DNA of 63,059 nucleotides, the filler included, from Reticulomyxa filosa (taxonomy: Eukaryota > Protista > Foraminifera): NCBI GenBank assembly GCA_000512085.1. It is 22 parts of 22 records of this genome, joined end to end, with 100 filler letters (N's around TTAATTAATTAA, not from the genome) between each part and the next. Parts side by side here need not be neighbours in the genome. Positions count along the whole stretch, not along the records: positions 1 to 3,595 come from ASPP01007469.1; positions 3,696 to 4,802 come from ASPP01025815.1; positions 4,903 to 6,140 come from ASPP01002171.1; positions 6,241 to 8,036 come from ASPP01024337.1; positions 8,137 to 19,733 come from ASPP01027808.1; 17 more parts are not named here. One strand, given 5' to 3'. Below the pieces are notes generated by a model. That model saw nothing but the letters and a program-made list of their open reading frames with translations. It did no database searches and was not told the DNA's origin. Below, in pieces: positions 1-13,400 of this stretch. Both the position numbers and the translations under genes were made by a program. Within the stretch, counting starts at the first letter, position 1. Each line of letters opens with the position of its first letter.

Positions 1-161
1 ACATATATGCATATATACATATATACATATATATGCATATATATATACATATATGCATATATACATATATACATATATATACATATATATACATATATGT
101 ACATATATGTATATATATGTATATATGTAAATGTGTATGCAAAAAAAAAAAAAAAAAAAAG

Positions 162-654
162 AACCGAAGTGGAAGGGCTACGCCTCGCATACGTAACCCC
201 GTGGCATAATAAGGGGTACCAATTGAGCATTGAGTACGCAGACAAATATACGCACATAGCGCCGGCGTGGTTCCAAGTGAAGCGATATGGGACGTCGTTT
301 ATGATATTTGGAGAGAACGACATCGACAAGAAGTGGATAGAGAACTTGAAGATTCGCTCGCCTTCGACCCGCGTGGTGCCGCGATTCTTCTTCAGCAGTG
401 AAGAGTGGCAATTGCAGGATATACGTAGCATCATCTACAAAAAGGGATACCAAGTTCGCTTGATTAACAAAATTTCAAACTTTTTGCAAACCCATCAATT
501 GGATGGCGCCGTCGTCGAGTTTGTGAGCTTCTTTAATTGGCTCGCCACCGTCGTACACGACAAAAAAAAAAAAAATGACCCATCTAACAATGATCACACC
601 ACACCTGATCCCACACTTTACGCTTCTGAACAAAGACGACTTACTACTTTCATT
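162..654 (+). CDS. CHID1: Chitinase-domain-containing protein 1-like (GH18), internal exon, partial
   Basis: [43 protein letters not shown] matches the CHID1 pattern GYVTPWN..ISPVW..DVDxxW..IVPR..DGxVVE. Acceptor A-run+AG at 160-161; probable donor GTTACT at 655. Confidence 0.8.
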
Positions 655-664
655 GTTACTTTTC

Positions 665-700
<36 letters not shown>

Positions 701-703
701 TAC

Positions 704-1507
704 CTAATTTGCATTGTCCTTTGTGGTTGACAAGAATATTTCCTGCTTTGATGTCTCTGTGAATAACTTTATTTTGATGCAAATAATGTAACCCCTTCAA
801 ACTTTCTCTGTTGTTTGTGTTTTTATTTAAATTATGTTTTGTTTTGTTTTTTTGCTTTATTTGGCTACCCCCCTCTCACTTCAATGTTTTTTTTTTTTTT
901 TGGTGGTTTAGATTACCTCATGACAACTTGTACTTGCTCTTCTGTAAGGCTTTTTTTAGTCACTTGGATTATATCTAAAATTGCTCCGCCACCACAGTAT
1001 TCCATTGACAACTATTTTTTGTATTCGTTGTATTTATTCAAACCGTTTGCAAAAAAAAAAAAAAAAAAAAGTAAATATTATATATTTGCTATATGTTATA
1101 TACATGTCTTTATTTTCCTTTTTGTAGATCCATATATAGATAAAAATAACACAAACGTCTTACCCAAATATTTCCTTCCCATAAAAATGCGTCTCGGAAA
1201 TTGACTATGTAAGGTGATTTCAATTTCTTTAATGTTTTTACTTCCTCTTCCAAGGGACCCTTATCTGCTTCTTCTGGCATTATTTTCAATGCCACTGTCT
1301 CTCCATCTGCTGTGTCGACTGCTTTGTATACGACTCCAAACGCGCTTTTGTTGTATTCGGTGTTCTCCCCCTTTTTCTTGGTATTGGCTTCACGTTTGCT
1401 CTTTAAAAAAAACGTAAAAAACACGCGCTAACTGACCCCTTTCCCAACGGCTGAATTATGGTGAAACGCTCCTCCGGATTTTCTTTCACAAAAACATTTG
1501 AGCTCAT
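704..1507 (-). CDS. STE20/MST (GCK-type) Ser/Thr kinase, N-terminal 4 exons, truncated before DFG
   Basis: Spliced: [69 protein letters not shown]../[44 protein letters not shown] and MEYCGGG are typical of the STE20 group; intron phases are consistent. Confidence 0.9.
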
Positions 1508-2468
1508 GTTGAACCTATAAATGTCACTAATTATTTCAATCGAATCAATCAACGGGGAGTAGCGAAAAAAAGTTTCCAACCAAGATTTACTAGGCATACC
1601 CTGGATTCAAAGTTCTTGCGATAAATTTTTTCTTAAGTTTTTATCCAATTTTCATTAATACTTTTTAAAAAAATTGAGCAGCAAGGGCAGTCCTCAATTT
1701 TGTTCGCAGACAATTTCTCAATTACTACAACATAATAAATCGTGACTGTTCGAATTTTCTAATATTTTTGTTCTTTTTTTTTCTCACGTTTTTCCAACTT
1801 ATCAACAACTTGTTGCTAAAGTTAATACATTCAAGAGAATCACATATTCTTCATTCTTGGTGCCAACGATATAGATACCTTGACTAACAACTTATCCCAT
1901 CCACAAGCACCAGCAATACGTAAAAGTATGAGAAATAGCGAAATAGAGAATACAAACAGCAATTTCTTTTACAAATACACCATTTTTTAACATTTATTTT
2001 TTGATCGGAGATGTAGTCAAGTTGTAATATAAGATTCTATATTATTTAAACAGTGTAAAGTAAATTTTATCGTTATTGAACTTGAGACAACAAATAAAGT
2101 TTATTAAAATTGTTTTTATGAATTTCTATATTGAATAAAGTTTGCCACTTGTTGTTAAAAATGGAAACAAATTACAGTCCTACCTTTATTACAGTGTTTT
2201 TGGTATCGCCTTTGAGTTTGTTGTGAGAAGGACTGTGTTAACAGTTTTATACAACAAATAATATTTATTATAAAGAATTTATTTTGTAGCGATAACGATT
2301 AAAATATTTATGACAACTTATATTCTTTTGCAAGATGAAGCATTGCAGAGAAATCAAGATAAGCTCGAACTCATAAAGCAAAACGAACGACTTATAAACT
2401 AGTGCGAGAAAGAAGTGCCACAAAATAAGCAAAGAGTTCATCATGTCTCACGAAGCGCACAATTGAGA

Positions 2469-3595
2469 TTAAGACGAAGAAGTTCCAACCACATTAAGTT
2501 TAGAAATTTTTGCAATGAAAAGGCCACTGGTGTTAGAAATTAGAGGGTCAAATCTTACACATTTGCGCATAATTTCCCCATGAGGACTAGTACGGCCACA
2601 AGCAAACTTGAATCTCTTAAGAAAGCCATCAGAGGCAACATCAACAAGTTGAGCGGTATGAGGATACTCGCTCAGCAAATAGTGGATAACTCCTTCATTT
2701 TGTTCTTGTAAAAAGCTGCAAGTGGAATATACTAAGACACCGCCAGTTTTGAGCAGTTCAAATCCATTGCGAATGAGTTTTTTTTGGAGTGAAACAACCC
2801 GAGTCTCACGAAAGGTGGCATCGAAAACTTTTTCTTTCAAAATATTGACATCGCCATTGGCGATGTGTTTGAGCATATGTCGAATGCTCCCATCGTGAGT
2901 GCACTGAGCATCAACAATCACCTTGTCATACAAAGCCTGCGTGTTTTGCGTAGGAGGAAGGTTATGGTGTTGAACCGATGGCAAAGATCCGATCGCTTTT
3001 ACGTCATCGCGTTTTTGCTCTGAAAGATCATCCGTTCTGTCCTCTGACCGATCTTTACGGACGTGATTACCAATCAAGTCAGGTGAGACCAACATCGGAG
3101 GCATTATCAGACAAGTACTCGAAAGAGAAGCGGAAGGGTCATTTCCAATCTTTTGTCTTTTGTTTTGCGACACAGTTTCTTTTTTGCGATTCTTCCGTTT
3201 GCGTGCTTTCAGCATCTTCTTGGTCAGACAACTGTCGTGGACCAATGTATTCTTTGCAGCACTTGACATGGACAGATCAGGACAGACATTAAAAATGCAC
3301 CCGTCTTGGCAATACAATCGCACATTACAAATCTTGAAATCTCGGATGTATCGTCTGCACAAATTCAACCGATCATTATTCACATCCACTCCTGTTACAC
3401 TTCCTGTTCCGTCCATTAATTCGGCCATATAGAGTAATTTTCCACCTTCATTTTTTTTTATTTTTTTGTTTGTTTGTTTGATTTGTTCCTTTTTTTTTTT
3501 TTAAAAAAAAAAAAAAGATGTTTTGTTTGTCTTCCACTGACACTCTTTCTCATGTACACACCAGGAGCACAACATAAGTCTAATACATGCTCATT
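2469..3595 (-). CDS. NOL1/NOP2/Sun-family RNA m5C methyltransferase, 5'-partial
   Basis: EHVLDLCCAPG/GKLL (SAM-binding motif split by an intron at ~3447-3560), YDKVIVDAQCTHDGS, GGVLVYSTCSF..QNE and TSGLFIAKI. Confidence 0.9.
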
Positions 3596-3695
3596 NNNNN
3601 NNNNNNNNNNNNNNNNNNNNNNNNNNNNNNNNNNNNNNNTTAATTAATTAANNNNNNNNNNNNNNNNNNNNNNNNNNNNNNNNNNNNNNNNNNNN
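3596..3695. other. Artificial contig linker (N44-TTAATTAATTAA-N44), first of 21
   Basis: Identical 100-nt spacers with stops in all six frames start at 3596, 4803, 6141, 8037, 19734, 21378, 24694, 26939, 28999, 32798, 37814, 41688, 42956, 45232, 50241, 52222, 54319, 56346, 58630, 60180 and 61870. Confidence 0.98.
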
Positions 3696-5053
3696 ATTTG
3701 AAACATCCTGTCATGGACAGAAACAGGTTTATCTATAAAGATTTGCGGATGTTGGCCAAGTTACAAACGCGATAAATGTAAACAATTTTTTATTTTTTTT
3801 TTTTTTTTTTTTTTTTGAAAAAAAAAAAACTTCAAAATTATAAATAAATATTTGGATCAATCAAAACATAGGATAATGTGGATAAGTAATTGCGGTGTGG
3901 TATGGAACTGGAAACGACTTTGGTACTATCGGGATATAACAAAATAGTGACATGACAACAAACACTCGAATTAATCAAAGTATGTGATGATAGTATTGAA
4001 TTCGACTTTATGTGTTTTGGAGGAATGGAATTATATTGCCGTCTGTCAAGGTGTCAAAAGCGTTATTATTATCAAGCCAAGAGTTTTTTTCAAGTTTATT
4101 TTCATTCCATACATTTGCATATCGCAAAGCTCAAACCAACAAACAAAAAATATTATAGCAACTGATCGGTAATGACGTTGTCACTTCCATTAATAATAAC
4201 AATTCTACTCTTGCTCCATACAAGTCTACAACAAATGGAGATACACAAACACTTCAGATACCTCCAAAAAAAAAAAAAAAGGGGTCAAGAACTAAAAAAA
4301 AGTTGGAAATTAGAAGTTATTACTGATATCATCAGCGAAGTTTCGTATTCGAAGTGAATGTCCGTCAAATTTTTTTTTTTACAAGAAACTTTTCCAAAAA
4401 AAAAACAAACACGCCTAGGGACAAGCAAGTGAACAAAATGGAAAACAATAGTGTTGATGTTCGTAGCGCCGCACAACTGGAAAGAGGAAGAGGTAACGAT
4501 TAGTCGAACCATTGAACACTTGGAGCATTTGTGTCGTAGATGAAAAGAGACCAACTACGTGCGTGCACTTACTACTACCGTTTTCAATTTCTTGGCAAAG
4601 AGTGATATCAGACAATTCAGATCACACAAATAAATCATTATAACTATTTGAAGGAGTAATGGACTAAGTCTTTTGCACGCACGATGCACATGCTTACTTA
4701 AAAAAAAAAAAGGGGGCTATTCAAAGACAAACATGCAATCTCGCCTATCGTCGACAAAAGCACCTTTTATGCTTTTGTACAACAAACATGTTGCAACGAT
4801 CANNNNNNNNNNNNNNNNNNNNNNNNNNNNNNNNNNNNNNNNNNNNTTAATTAATTAANNNNNNNNNNNNNNNNNNNNNNNNNNNNNNNNNNNNNNNNNN
4901 NNTTTTCCAAATACTTTTCACAAATTTCTTGTTGTATTGACTTTTGAAGAAAGATCTGAAAAACAAAATCTTCTGATGTATTTTTTACATCAATCTATAC
5001 ATATTCAAACAGATTCAACTATATATATAATAATAATAAATATACATATATAA

Positions 5054-6140
5054 TTAAACCTTGATTGATGATTGATAAGAAAGTAATTCTTTAATGACGA
5101 GTGGAATGCCATCCATTCGAATCAAAACATTTTTTTTTGTTTGTTGTAATTCACCATCAAAACTCCAAATATCATCCCAATTCATTTTATTTAATTCCAT
5201 TCTTTTTTCTTCATTCCATTCTTTCAATTTCTTTTCCAATGTTTCAATTTGTGTTTTTCTTTTTTTCCAATCTTCTGGAATTTTTATCACTTCTTTATTC
5301 TCTTTTTCATCTTCACTCATTCTTCGTTTTTCAATTGGAATTATATATGGTCTTTCCAATTTCATTTTTGTTATTTCATTTCTTAATTCTATTATTTTTT
5401 CATAAATCTTTGCAAATAGTTCCTCTACATTCACACTTAAATGTATTGTTTGTGCTTCATCTTTTGCATTAAATCCACCAATGACATGAACATTTGTATC
5501 ATTACCACTCAAAATTGAAAATGATGAAGAAATTTCCATTGGCAATGTGATTTTGCACTCACTCCATGTTTTATCTTTCATTGAATACTTATACACAAGC
5601 TTCGTTCTTTCGTTTGTAATACTATTCTTTCCACCAAATAAAAATATAAAATCATAAAGATACACAAATGAATAAGTTGTAAAATCATTGAAAGCAGGAC
5701 AAATGGGTAATTTGTCATAATAAAATGATTTGTTTAGTTCATCATATTTTATTAATAATCCTGTATTAAGACAAAATAATATGAAATAATTAATCACTTT
5801 CTCATTATTCATTGTTAGTGGTACAAAACAATGGCATTGAATTCCGAATCTATGTGCGTCTTTTGGTATTATGTTATTTTTATTCCGTCCAATGGTTTCA
5901 TTGTCTTTAAATCAATCACTTCAATGTATTTTGAAAAATATGTGATGAACAATAAATCATTATTTTTTCCACCAATCAATCCACGCACTCCTATTAAATA
6001 ATCTTCAAATTTTCCAATGTTAGTATCTTGATTATGTCGTATCCAAGTATTGAAAGATTGATTTTCAGATTTGGAGTCACTCTGATTATTATTATGATTA
6101 TTATCATTAATTTCCCAAACACTTTTATATTTCATTGAAA
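5054..6140 (-). CDS. Kelch-repeat protein of an expanded AT-rich family with coiled-coil tail; one frameshift at ~5880 (homopolymer error or pseudogene)
   Basis: GVRGLIGG..LLFITY, HCFV, IFLFGG, VYKYS..KTWSEC..LP and VHVIGG motifs. Restoring one A in the A-run near 5876-5881 joins ORFs 5869-6135 and 5054-5812. Confidence 0.75.
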
Positions 6141-6240
6141 NNNNNNNNNNNNNNNNNNNNNNNNNNNNNNNNNNNNNNNNNNNNTTAATTAATTAANNNN
6201 NNNNNNNNNNNNNNNNNNNNNNNNNNNNNNNNNNNNNNNN

Positions 6241-6442
6241 AAAATGGGTTGCACATGACGAATACAAGATCATTTGCTGATGTTGGAATCTGATGACATA
6301 TTGATGTACTTGAAGCAGCGGCATGTTTTTGAATTCAATGGATGAAGAAGATGGCGACACTTTCATTCAACGTGCAATGTCCTTCAAAATTACCAATTAT
6401 CAACTACATCAATTTTGTACTCGTTTAGTTACTGAAAAGTAA
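6241..6442 (+). pseudogene. Possible C-terminal fragment of a TBC/Rab-GAP-like protein, disrupted
   Basis: RIQDHLLMLESDDILMYLKQ..DGDTFIQRAMSFKITNYQL resembles the helices after TBC domains. Contains a stop and a frameshift. Confidence 0.25.
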
Positions 6443-6849
6443 AATATTTTATTTTTTTTGACATTTTGTTTTTTTACAAATAAAATGTGGGCCCGATCTG
6501 GCCTCCTTTTTTTGTTTTCAATTATTTTTTTTTAAATATTTGTATTTTGATAAAACGCTATTTTCACGGCCGTCCTAATTTCATTGTTTTTTTGTTTGGA
6601 TTTTTAGTTGTAATCTCTTCCTTATCATCGAATCATTTTGCCGAACATCTTTAGCTTTTTCCCATAAAAGTTTGACCAAAGTGAATGGCCACCAAAATTT
6701 TTTTAAAAAACAAAAAAAGTGGATCATGATGATAAAATTTAAAAAAAAGCACCAACAAAAATAAAGCCACAATGTTTTAGAAAAAAACAATCTCAGACGT
6801 GGTTGGCAGGGGTGTTACCAGTTCCAAAAAAAAAATTTTGAAAGGTAAG

Positions 6850-7969
6850 ATGAAAAGCAGAGATCTTCCAAGAGTTCCAAAGGCGGCACTCCAATTTGTG
6901 GAACAAAAAAAGAAAGATTGGCTTCAATCGTTGCCGCCTGGCTTGAAGCAGTATGCGAATGACACCATAATCCAAAAAAAAAGTAAGAAAGCAGTTTTTG
7001 CGAAGTGGCGTGCCTTACCCGGCGAAGCCAGCAATGCCATCGTGGACATATTTTCTGCCGTTCCCAGGACACAATTTGGAGCAAAAGCCAAAGCGCAAGG
7101 CATTGAAGATAGCTCGCGCAATGGCGGCAATGCCCGACCTGATTTGCGAATACCGAGACGAGATGCGAGCGCTCCGGCACGAAAAGGCGAGTTTGAAGGA
7201 AGCGGACAAAGAAAGAAAGGAAAAGTACGAAGCATCAACAAAAAAAGTGACAGACATGAAATTTTTGGCAGATGCATTTGACGAATTGGACGACGCATGG
7301 ATGGATGGGAATCGAGATTATTATAGTATCGCCTATCCTACCGGCACGTTTATTTATTTTTATTTTGTTTACGTATACTTGTTTTTATTTTATTTTTGAA
7401 TGTTCGTTTCCAATTGAATTGTGACGTATACAGACGTTCGATCTGAAGTTTCGAATGACGCAGTTACAGACATGAACAATACGAAGAACAAAAGCGAGGA
7501 GGAGGACAAGAAGAAGAAGAAGACGACAACGACAACGACAGCGAAACCGGACACGACGACGACAATGACGATCGATGCAACAATACTGACTAAAAGACAC
7601 ATGCGACGTGCTCAAGTGACCAAGGAACTCAGAAAGGTCTTGAAACAGAAACCGCTCCTGGGCGAAGACTTACAACATCCTATCGAAAAAGCACAACACG
7701 AACGTCGCAAAGAGGTGATCGATCCGTACTTTGGGTCTTGGGATGATGGCACCACTTGGGAACGCAGAAGAAACTACGAACAGATGGCCTTCTTGCAACA
7801 AATCGCAAATGAACCCAAAGTCTTTGCTGGCAAACCTGGAGAGGATGCTGAAGCTGATGAAAAAGAACCAACGTCTACTACTCCTTCCAAAACTTCTCCT
7901 GGCACTCTTTCTAAGACCCCTCCTGCTACTCCTTCCAAAACCCCTTCTGCCACATCTTCCAAAAATTAA
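6850..7969 (+). CDS. Probable mitochondrial ribosomal protein mL59 (MRP-L25)-like with C-terminal extension; frameshift in the A-run at ~6974-6982
   Basis: KKVRKQFLRSGVPYP..PGHNLEQKPKRKALKIARAMAAMPDLICEYRDEMRALR resembles the mL59 pattern GHxxE..IxxAMxxMPxxIxEY/WR. Linkage to exon 7433-7969 is uncertain. Confidence 0.45.
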
Positions 7970-9115
7970 ATCTTTTTTTCTTCTAAAAAAAAAGATCTGT
8001 GTGCCAAAGGTCAAATACGTCCACTGGCGGACAAAANNNNNNNNNNNNNNNNNNNNNNNNNNNNNNNNNNNNNNNNNNNNTTAATTAATTAANNNNNNNN
8101 NNNNNNNNNNNNNNNNNNNNNNNNNNNNNNNNNNNNATATGTTTTAGGCGTTCAGTTTTCTTTGCAACATACTGTATATTTTCAATTAGACTTTGTGATA
8201 TGCTTTCGATACTGCTTTTGTATATGTCGCATATGAAGTATTTTGACAACTGAGTCGAATAATGATATTTAAATAATATATTCTGCATAAAAATCTTTTT
8301 ATAACAAATGTCTTCGTCATTGTCATATTCAATTCTAAATTCTTTGAATATATGTTGATGTTTTCCACTCATGCGTGATGAAGTACTACTACATATATGC
8401 AAAAACTTAACGCTGTATGCAAATACAAGATCCACTTTAATAAATATTCATCAATATTTATTTCAGTGTTCACGAAATTGTTCATGCTTAGAGGCTTCGA
8501 TTATGATTAGTAATCTGGAAATAGATAACTTGGTCGTAGTTCATATCAATAAAAAATAAATCGATACTTTGAGCGTCTTATGCGACGCGAAAAGGACATG
8601 CAAATTAGTCCAATTGGTTTGTGTGAAAATCGTTGATAAAAAAAGACAAATTACATCGGAAAAAGCTAGAAAAACTGTTGTCAAGGCGGTAAGACTAGAA
8701 AACGAAAATTGTTAGACGCACAAAAGATTATGAAAAAAGGATGAATGAAATTGGAATATGTATCAGTCTGCATTCATGGATGTACTGAAGATTAACTAAA
8801 AAAGGGCGAGTAGTAGATTGTTAATCTTTTTTCAGTAAGATCTACATAATTTTTTGTTTTCAACAAAATCGTATCGCGATCGTGGCAAAGTATTTTAAAA
8901 TGTCTTCCTAGAATTGGATATGCATTGTGCAATTGTTGAGGTTGACTTTTATGTCTAGAAGAAGCTGGAAGAAATGCATATCGATGTTCATAACACAAGA
9001 GCTGAACGATGATCCAAACAAAGCACAACGAAAAATCACAATCAACCAAACAAACATATACAAATAATTGTCAGCAATTATTGTTTTTCCCTTTTCTCGA
9101 GAATCTCAGGAATAC

Positions 9116-10435
9116 TCATTGGCAATTTCTTGTGGGGGTTACGTGGCGCTCTTTCTTTCGTTGAAGGTACTTATTCCAGCATTGTTCAAAAAACTTGCTT
9201 AAAAATGTTTTGATAACTTCTTTACCTTTTAACAAATTTTCCAAACGAATTCTCTCATTTTCCAAGTGAGCATTATCACTCTCTTGCCCCAATGGCAATT
9301 GTAGACAAGGAGCAGACAACTTGGAGGCCAAATAATTGGTAGAAGGTGACGTCCCTCCCTCTCGGACGTAATGTGGCTTGATATTCCTAAAAACGAACAA
9401 ATATGAAAATTAATAGATAACTGTGAGCAATAAGCAATCTAGATTGCAAAGAAGGACACATAAAAAAAAAAAACGAGCATAGAAAAACGAACCAATGTGC
9501 AAAAATGGCTTCTTCCGCAGCTTGAAAATAATATTCTCGTCTGTCAGTTGACCAATGATCTGCAGCATGAATTAAGTCAATTTTTAATTCATTTCCACTC
9601 TTTAATGCTGCAAATTTTTCCATGAGAAATTTTTTGGTCAAATCAAAAATTTCGATATTGTTCTGCGAGGGCACAGTTCGAATGGAAATGACAGCACTGG
9701 CCTTTTTGGAAATGACAGTCTCTTGTTGGCTGCTCGTCTGAAATGCATGAATTGAAAGAGAAGGGCATCGTGTTCGTTTCATCAACAGTTCAGCAGAGTT
9801 GTTCGATTTGAGCTTTGACACTCCGATATGACGAGCGTATCCCTCCACATCGAACGACACCTCTTCAAACGTCTTGCGCTCATCTTCGGTTATCGGATCA
9901 ATTCGATCATAAAACCGTGGAATATTTATCACTTCTTCCACATTGTTACTATTGGATTTTGTATCAGGAGTCTTCAATTTCGACAAGATATGAATGAGGT
10001 CTAATGTTGGTTCATTGAACGCTCCTCCATGGATGCCAGAGTGTACGTCCGAAGTGGGTCCAATCACTTGGCACTTTGTGATTTGTAAAAGATTTTTTTT
10101 TGATTGAACCAAAAATCACAAAGGAAGAAAAGAGAAAAGTAGTAGGAGACAAACCTGCATTGAAACAAATCCCCTCATGCCATAAACCAAACATGGGACG
10201 TCATCTCCGAGCCAACTGGAATTGCTCAATAACACCAACGCAGGCTTATGGAGCCAATCCAAGTTTTTTTCAATGACTTGTTGTAACCCTCCGTTTTTCC
10301 AATCGTGTTGTCCTTGTCCTTCTGCAAGAATTATAACTTCCCACGGCAAAGGGACGACATTGGACGATCCTTCAGGCTGGGTTTCTCCAGTTCCAATCTT
10401 TTGAGTGTTATGACTCTCACTATTAATAGTACCGC

Positions 10436-10469
<34 letters not shown>

Positions 10470-13400
10470 GCTGCTAGCGTATGACATTACTCCAAGTTTG
10501 TTTGGCAGTGAGGTGGTGGAGGCGAGAACTGGCTTCTTTTTACGTTGTTGTGGGGTGAGTGGATCAATGGTGGTCTCCGAACTTGAAATCGCATCTGATG
10601 CGATAACCATCTCGGCATACTCTTCCAAATACTCCTTCAATGCATGTGCGTAAGTAAGGAGCGGCCCCTTGTTATCTGTTGCTCCACGCCCATATAAATA
10701 TCCATTTTTTCCAGTCAATTGAAATGGCGGCGAGATCCAATCCTGTTCATTGTTCGCTGCCATCACATCATAATACCCATATACCAATACGCGGACTACC
10801 GATCGATGCTCTTTGTAATTGGGGGTAAACCTTGCTAACACAATAGGGTTTTTCCCAGGAGCCCCTTTTTCCCCCCCCCCCCCATTCCAATCCATATATG
10901 TACTTATGCACCACTCCCGTTAACATAACTGTATGATCAAACAATTCCAGAAGAAAGAAAAACAATTAAATATACCGCGGTGACAATCAAACCTTGAACA
11001 AAGCGAGTTTCCGCACCAAATTTTTCGCACCGCTCTTGGAAAAAGCGCGCAGCCTTCCAACATTGATCTTTGCACGAGGGGTCCGAAGAAACACTTCGAA
11101 ATCTGTTGCAATTACACGTACATACGTATACGTAGGAAAGAGGGTCCAAAAAAAAAAAAACTCAACTCAATAAATTTGGCTAAATCACTAAATAAATCTT
11201 GAACGGGATCGTGTGATGGCGACGCCGTGATTTGCATAATTTCAGAGCGTTCTTCGTCGTCGTCGCTCAAGACAGACGCAGATGGATTGTATAATCGTTG
11301 TTGCACACCAGAAAGATAATTCAACAGCTTCCTGCGCTCACCAATTCGCATTCCTAAGAGACGCATGTCTTCATTGGTCAACTGCCACAGCGAATCATTG
11401 TCAATTTTTTCAATTTGAAATCGTGACACGTATTCACTCAAACCTAAGTTTATCAGTATCTGGTCAACGGTGAGTTTATGCGGATTCTCGACTATTGGGA
11501 GAGTGCTTTCGCCAGGGATCGTGTTGCTAAAGCCAGAAGATAACGCTGGTATTTTTGGCAGCGAGACACTCAGCAATACGTCGGAAATATCCCAAATTTC
11601 GACACGATTGCAAGTATCAGCAATCATTAACCTTTATTTATTTATTTTTGTTTTGTGGGTGGTGTTTTAGTTACATAAACATAAACAACAATATACGTAC
11701 ATATATAAAATATGTAAGCATGGAAATACGTATACCAAGAAGGTGCAACAAATAGAAAATCCATGGCGCAAATAGGAATACACGTTTTAAGGGAATCACA
11801 AGTTTCGTCATGATCGCACGAGACGGAATCATTCCAGACGTATACATCCGGAATAACATAATGTTTTTCTCGAATTGTATTTGCATGTATCGAGTTTTCT
11901 TTTGCTTTGGCGTTTTCTTTCACTGTATCGTTGTCTTTATCTTTTGATTTTTCTTTTTCTTTTTCTTTTTCTTTTTCGTCGTCTTTTGCTTTTTTGCCTG
12001 TCACGTGCAGTCGATTGGAATATGAGCAATTGAGAGTTTCATCCGCACTGTCGTCACTGCTAGAAGTAACCTCGTCTTCATCTTCTGGATGTCCTCGAGA
12101 GCTCCAAGATGCTTTTTGCTTTTCGTACAATTTGTCTTGACAGGGCATTTCTAGTTTTTTGGGTCTCACTGTCCTCCCCCCCCCCCCCCATTCAATAGCA
12201 TTAATTTGTATATGTGCATGTGTATTCGAAGGAAAGAAAAAAAAAAAAAAAAAACAAAATGAATAGAAAGAACAACACGTGACCCGTAGGCTCCCGTTTC
12301 TGCGGTATCATGACCGAGTACACGCATTCATAATTGTGTGTGTCCCAAAAGCGGACCATTCCATCACGACTTCCTGATACAAGCAATTTGCCGCTAGCAA
12401 TGGCTTTCATCGCTGTTATTTCTTTCAAATGTCCTGACATTGTCCACGCTGCGCGATTCGTTGCTAAGACACTTATATCCCACGCTTTTAATAATCTTTT
12501 TTTGTTTTGTTTCAGCTGTATTGTGTCGATTTAGAGATAGTGATCCAACAATTGTAGATTGAGGATAGTACTAACTTGTCTTTGGAAGCGCTGATAAGGT
12601 GTCCTTGGCCGACCAAATCCAGTGCGACAATGCTATGGGTGTGTCCTTCCAATGTCGCCAAGCAGACCAGTTCTTGTCTTGGCTTTACTTCCCAAATTTT
12701 GATAGACGCATCGCCACTGGCAGAGATCAGATTGTTGGAACGCCAAGCCTTCAACACGTATACCACTCCTGCATGGCATCGTTCATATTTGCGAAACACC
12801 TTTTGATCTAACGAGGACACCGCCTTACTTAAAAATTGGAACTTTTTTTTTTTTTTTGCAAGTTTACAAACAACCAAAATTTTCAAACATTCAAACTTGA
12901 ACCAAATACATATAAAAGTTTTTTTTTTTTTGGAACATTTCGTTTTTTTTTTTTTTAATTTGAACCTTGGGATTTGATCCAGCAAATTGTTCCAAAGCTT
13001 TTGCAGTAGTAATGCTGGTAGAGAAACTGTCAAATGATTGATGAGAGGAAGAGGAAGGTTGCTTGATGTTTATGTCGTACCCCGGTTCACGACGAGCAGA
13101 CGACAAGATTTCACTTTGACTGGGCAGAGGAGAGAAAGAACTTATTTTTGCCGATGAGGCTACATTCCAACTTTGCTGCTGTTGTTGCTGATGGTGATGA
13201 AAGGACAAAAGGGATTGCTGCGCTTGCAAGTATTCAAGCTTTTCTTGATTTTTCTGAAGCGTTTCGTCTTCTTCCGCTCCAACTTGTTTTTCGGTCGAGG
13301 ACGAAGATACCGTGGTGATGGTCTTTTCCAGCTCCAGTTCAAAGATACTGCTGTCCTGGCAACCCCCATACAAAAGATAGCCTCCTTGTTTTGGGAACGT

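Noticed and set aside
1-160. ORF segments such as YIYIYI, poly-K, poly-F and HTHT throughout the ORF track
   Set aside because: Translations of intronic AT microsatellites and homopolymers, not protein.
3696-4802. Short exon-like pieces in contig 2 (also 8137-8560 and 31600-32330)
   Set aside because: No recognisable motif or consistent reading frame.
6974-6982. Programmed ribosomal frameshifts at A-runs (also ~5880)
   Set aside because: Single-base length errors in homopolymers are the simpler explanation in a draft with many such runs; no supporting stimulatory structure was seen.
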